From Callorhinchus milii (lineage: Eukaryota): a DNA stretch of 64,000 nt. The stretch is taken from contig NW_024704742.1 of NCBI RefSeq assembly GCF_018977255.1, forward strand, positions 98,706,001 through 98,770,000. Reading direction: 5' to 3'. The notes below the pieces were generated by a model. It saw only the letters and a list, made by a program, of their open reading frames with translations, was not told where the DNA came from and did no database searches. The position numbers and the translations under genes were made by a program. Below are positions 63,085 through 64,000 of this stretch, one piece after another; the stretch's first letter is position 1, and every line of letters starts with the position of its first letter.

Positions 63085-63490
63085 TATCAGTCAGGCTCAG
63101 TTGGTAAGACCCATATCTGGACATGGAACCATAGGGTGATATTGCAATGTAATGCTGGGGGAGTGCTGCATTATTGGATGTGCAGTCCTTTGGATGAGAC
63201 ATTAAATTGAGGACCCATCTGCCAGTCCAGGTGAACGTTAAAGATCCCATGTCGTTATTCAAAAAGACAATAGAGTTACTCATGGTGTCCTGGCCAACAA
63301 ATAAAATTGAATAAAATTTGGCATTCATTCCGTGACCTTTTGTGGGACATTTTGTTGCACAAGTTGGCGATTTCATTCGCTCGTAAAATGCACATAATCA
63401 CAACACTTTATTGTATAGTCTGTGAAACACTTCGAGCCATCTCTACGAATTGATAAGGCACTATATAAAATGCAAGAATTATTATTATGA
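63085..63490 (+). mobile_element. Deu-domain SINE, near full length
   Basis: GAGTGCTGCATT-GGATGAGACATTAAA-AAAGATCCCATG-GGTGTCCTGGCCAA blocks. Confidence 0.75.
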
Positions 63491-64000
63491 ATTGTATTGC
63501 ATAAATTGTATTGTGTTGTGATTAAAAATGAAGCTATATCACTATCCTACTTCTGAGAATCTCTTTATTTGACTACATTTATTTGGCCAGAAATGGCACT
63601 GATTCAATTTCCAGTTTCAATTATGATTAAGTTAAAAGCTGAAAACAAAACATCTGCAAATAATTTTAAATTTAGTGAAACAAAAGAGGTATTCATGGAA
63701 CAGTAATGTATGCCAAAGATAAATTGCTGACTGAATTTTTAACTCTTTGAAACTAAAAAGATAAACCATTTAAACCTAGACAGAAAGGGGTGTAATTTGC
63801 AAGATTTGCAAAATATATTTGCAATTACTGAATCCTTCAGGTATCTGGATGTCTGAAAATGTTTCTTTGGAACCTCAGAAGCCGATCTTAATTCTGACAC
63901 TTGGAAAGCCAGATTTTAGCCAGTGCGGCTTAAGGCACCCAACAGTAGATCAGAGTCAGAACAGAGTTCTGGAGGATTAGCCTCAGACACATTGCTGAGC

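Noticed and set aside
1..64000. CRISPR array, operon or other prokaryotic system
   Set aside because: No regularly spaced repeat-spacer array and no long intronless ORFs; the window is spliceosomal vertebrate DNA.

Overview
AT-rich, repeat-dense vertebrate genomic DNA. The SINE, L2, CR1 and Penelope content suggests a cartilaginous fish, possibly a chimaera (inference). There are three gene units. (1) A large + strand multi-exon kinesin-14 gene of the KCBP / sea-urchin kinesin-C type, about 4578-49302. It has a coiled-coil stalk, a C-terminal motor and a terminal basic amphipathic helix resembling the calmodulin-binding helix. My 25-exon chain from 13256 to the stop at 49302 is fully open (1122 codons). 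Eight phase-compatible 5' exons carry two apparent frameshifts and two in-frame stops, which suggests a decaying N-terminal domain. (2) The last four exons of CYP1D1 on the - strand (59700 to 54893), convergent with the kinesin. (3) A - strand TATA promoter and short non-coding first exon at about 4218-4330, head-to-head with the kinesin start; by CYP1D1 synteny this is plausibly ANXA1. Three non-TE inverted duplications touch kinesin exons, and one is an antisense copy of an exon's 3' half plus its splice donor. The rest is tRNA-derived SINEs, Deu-domain SINEs, L2/CR1/RTE LINE fragments, a Gypsy integrase relic, MITEs and an unclassified repeat. All exon models were built by eye from splice signals and phase, and repeat boundaries are approximate.
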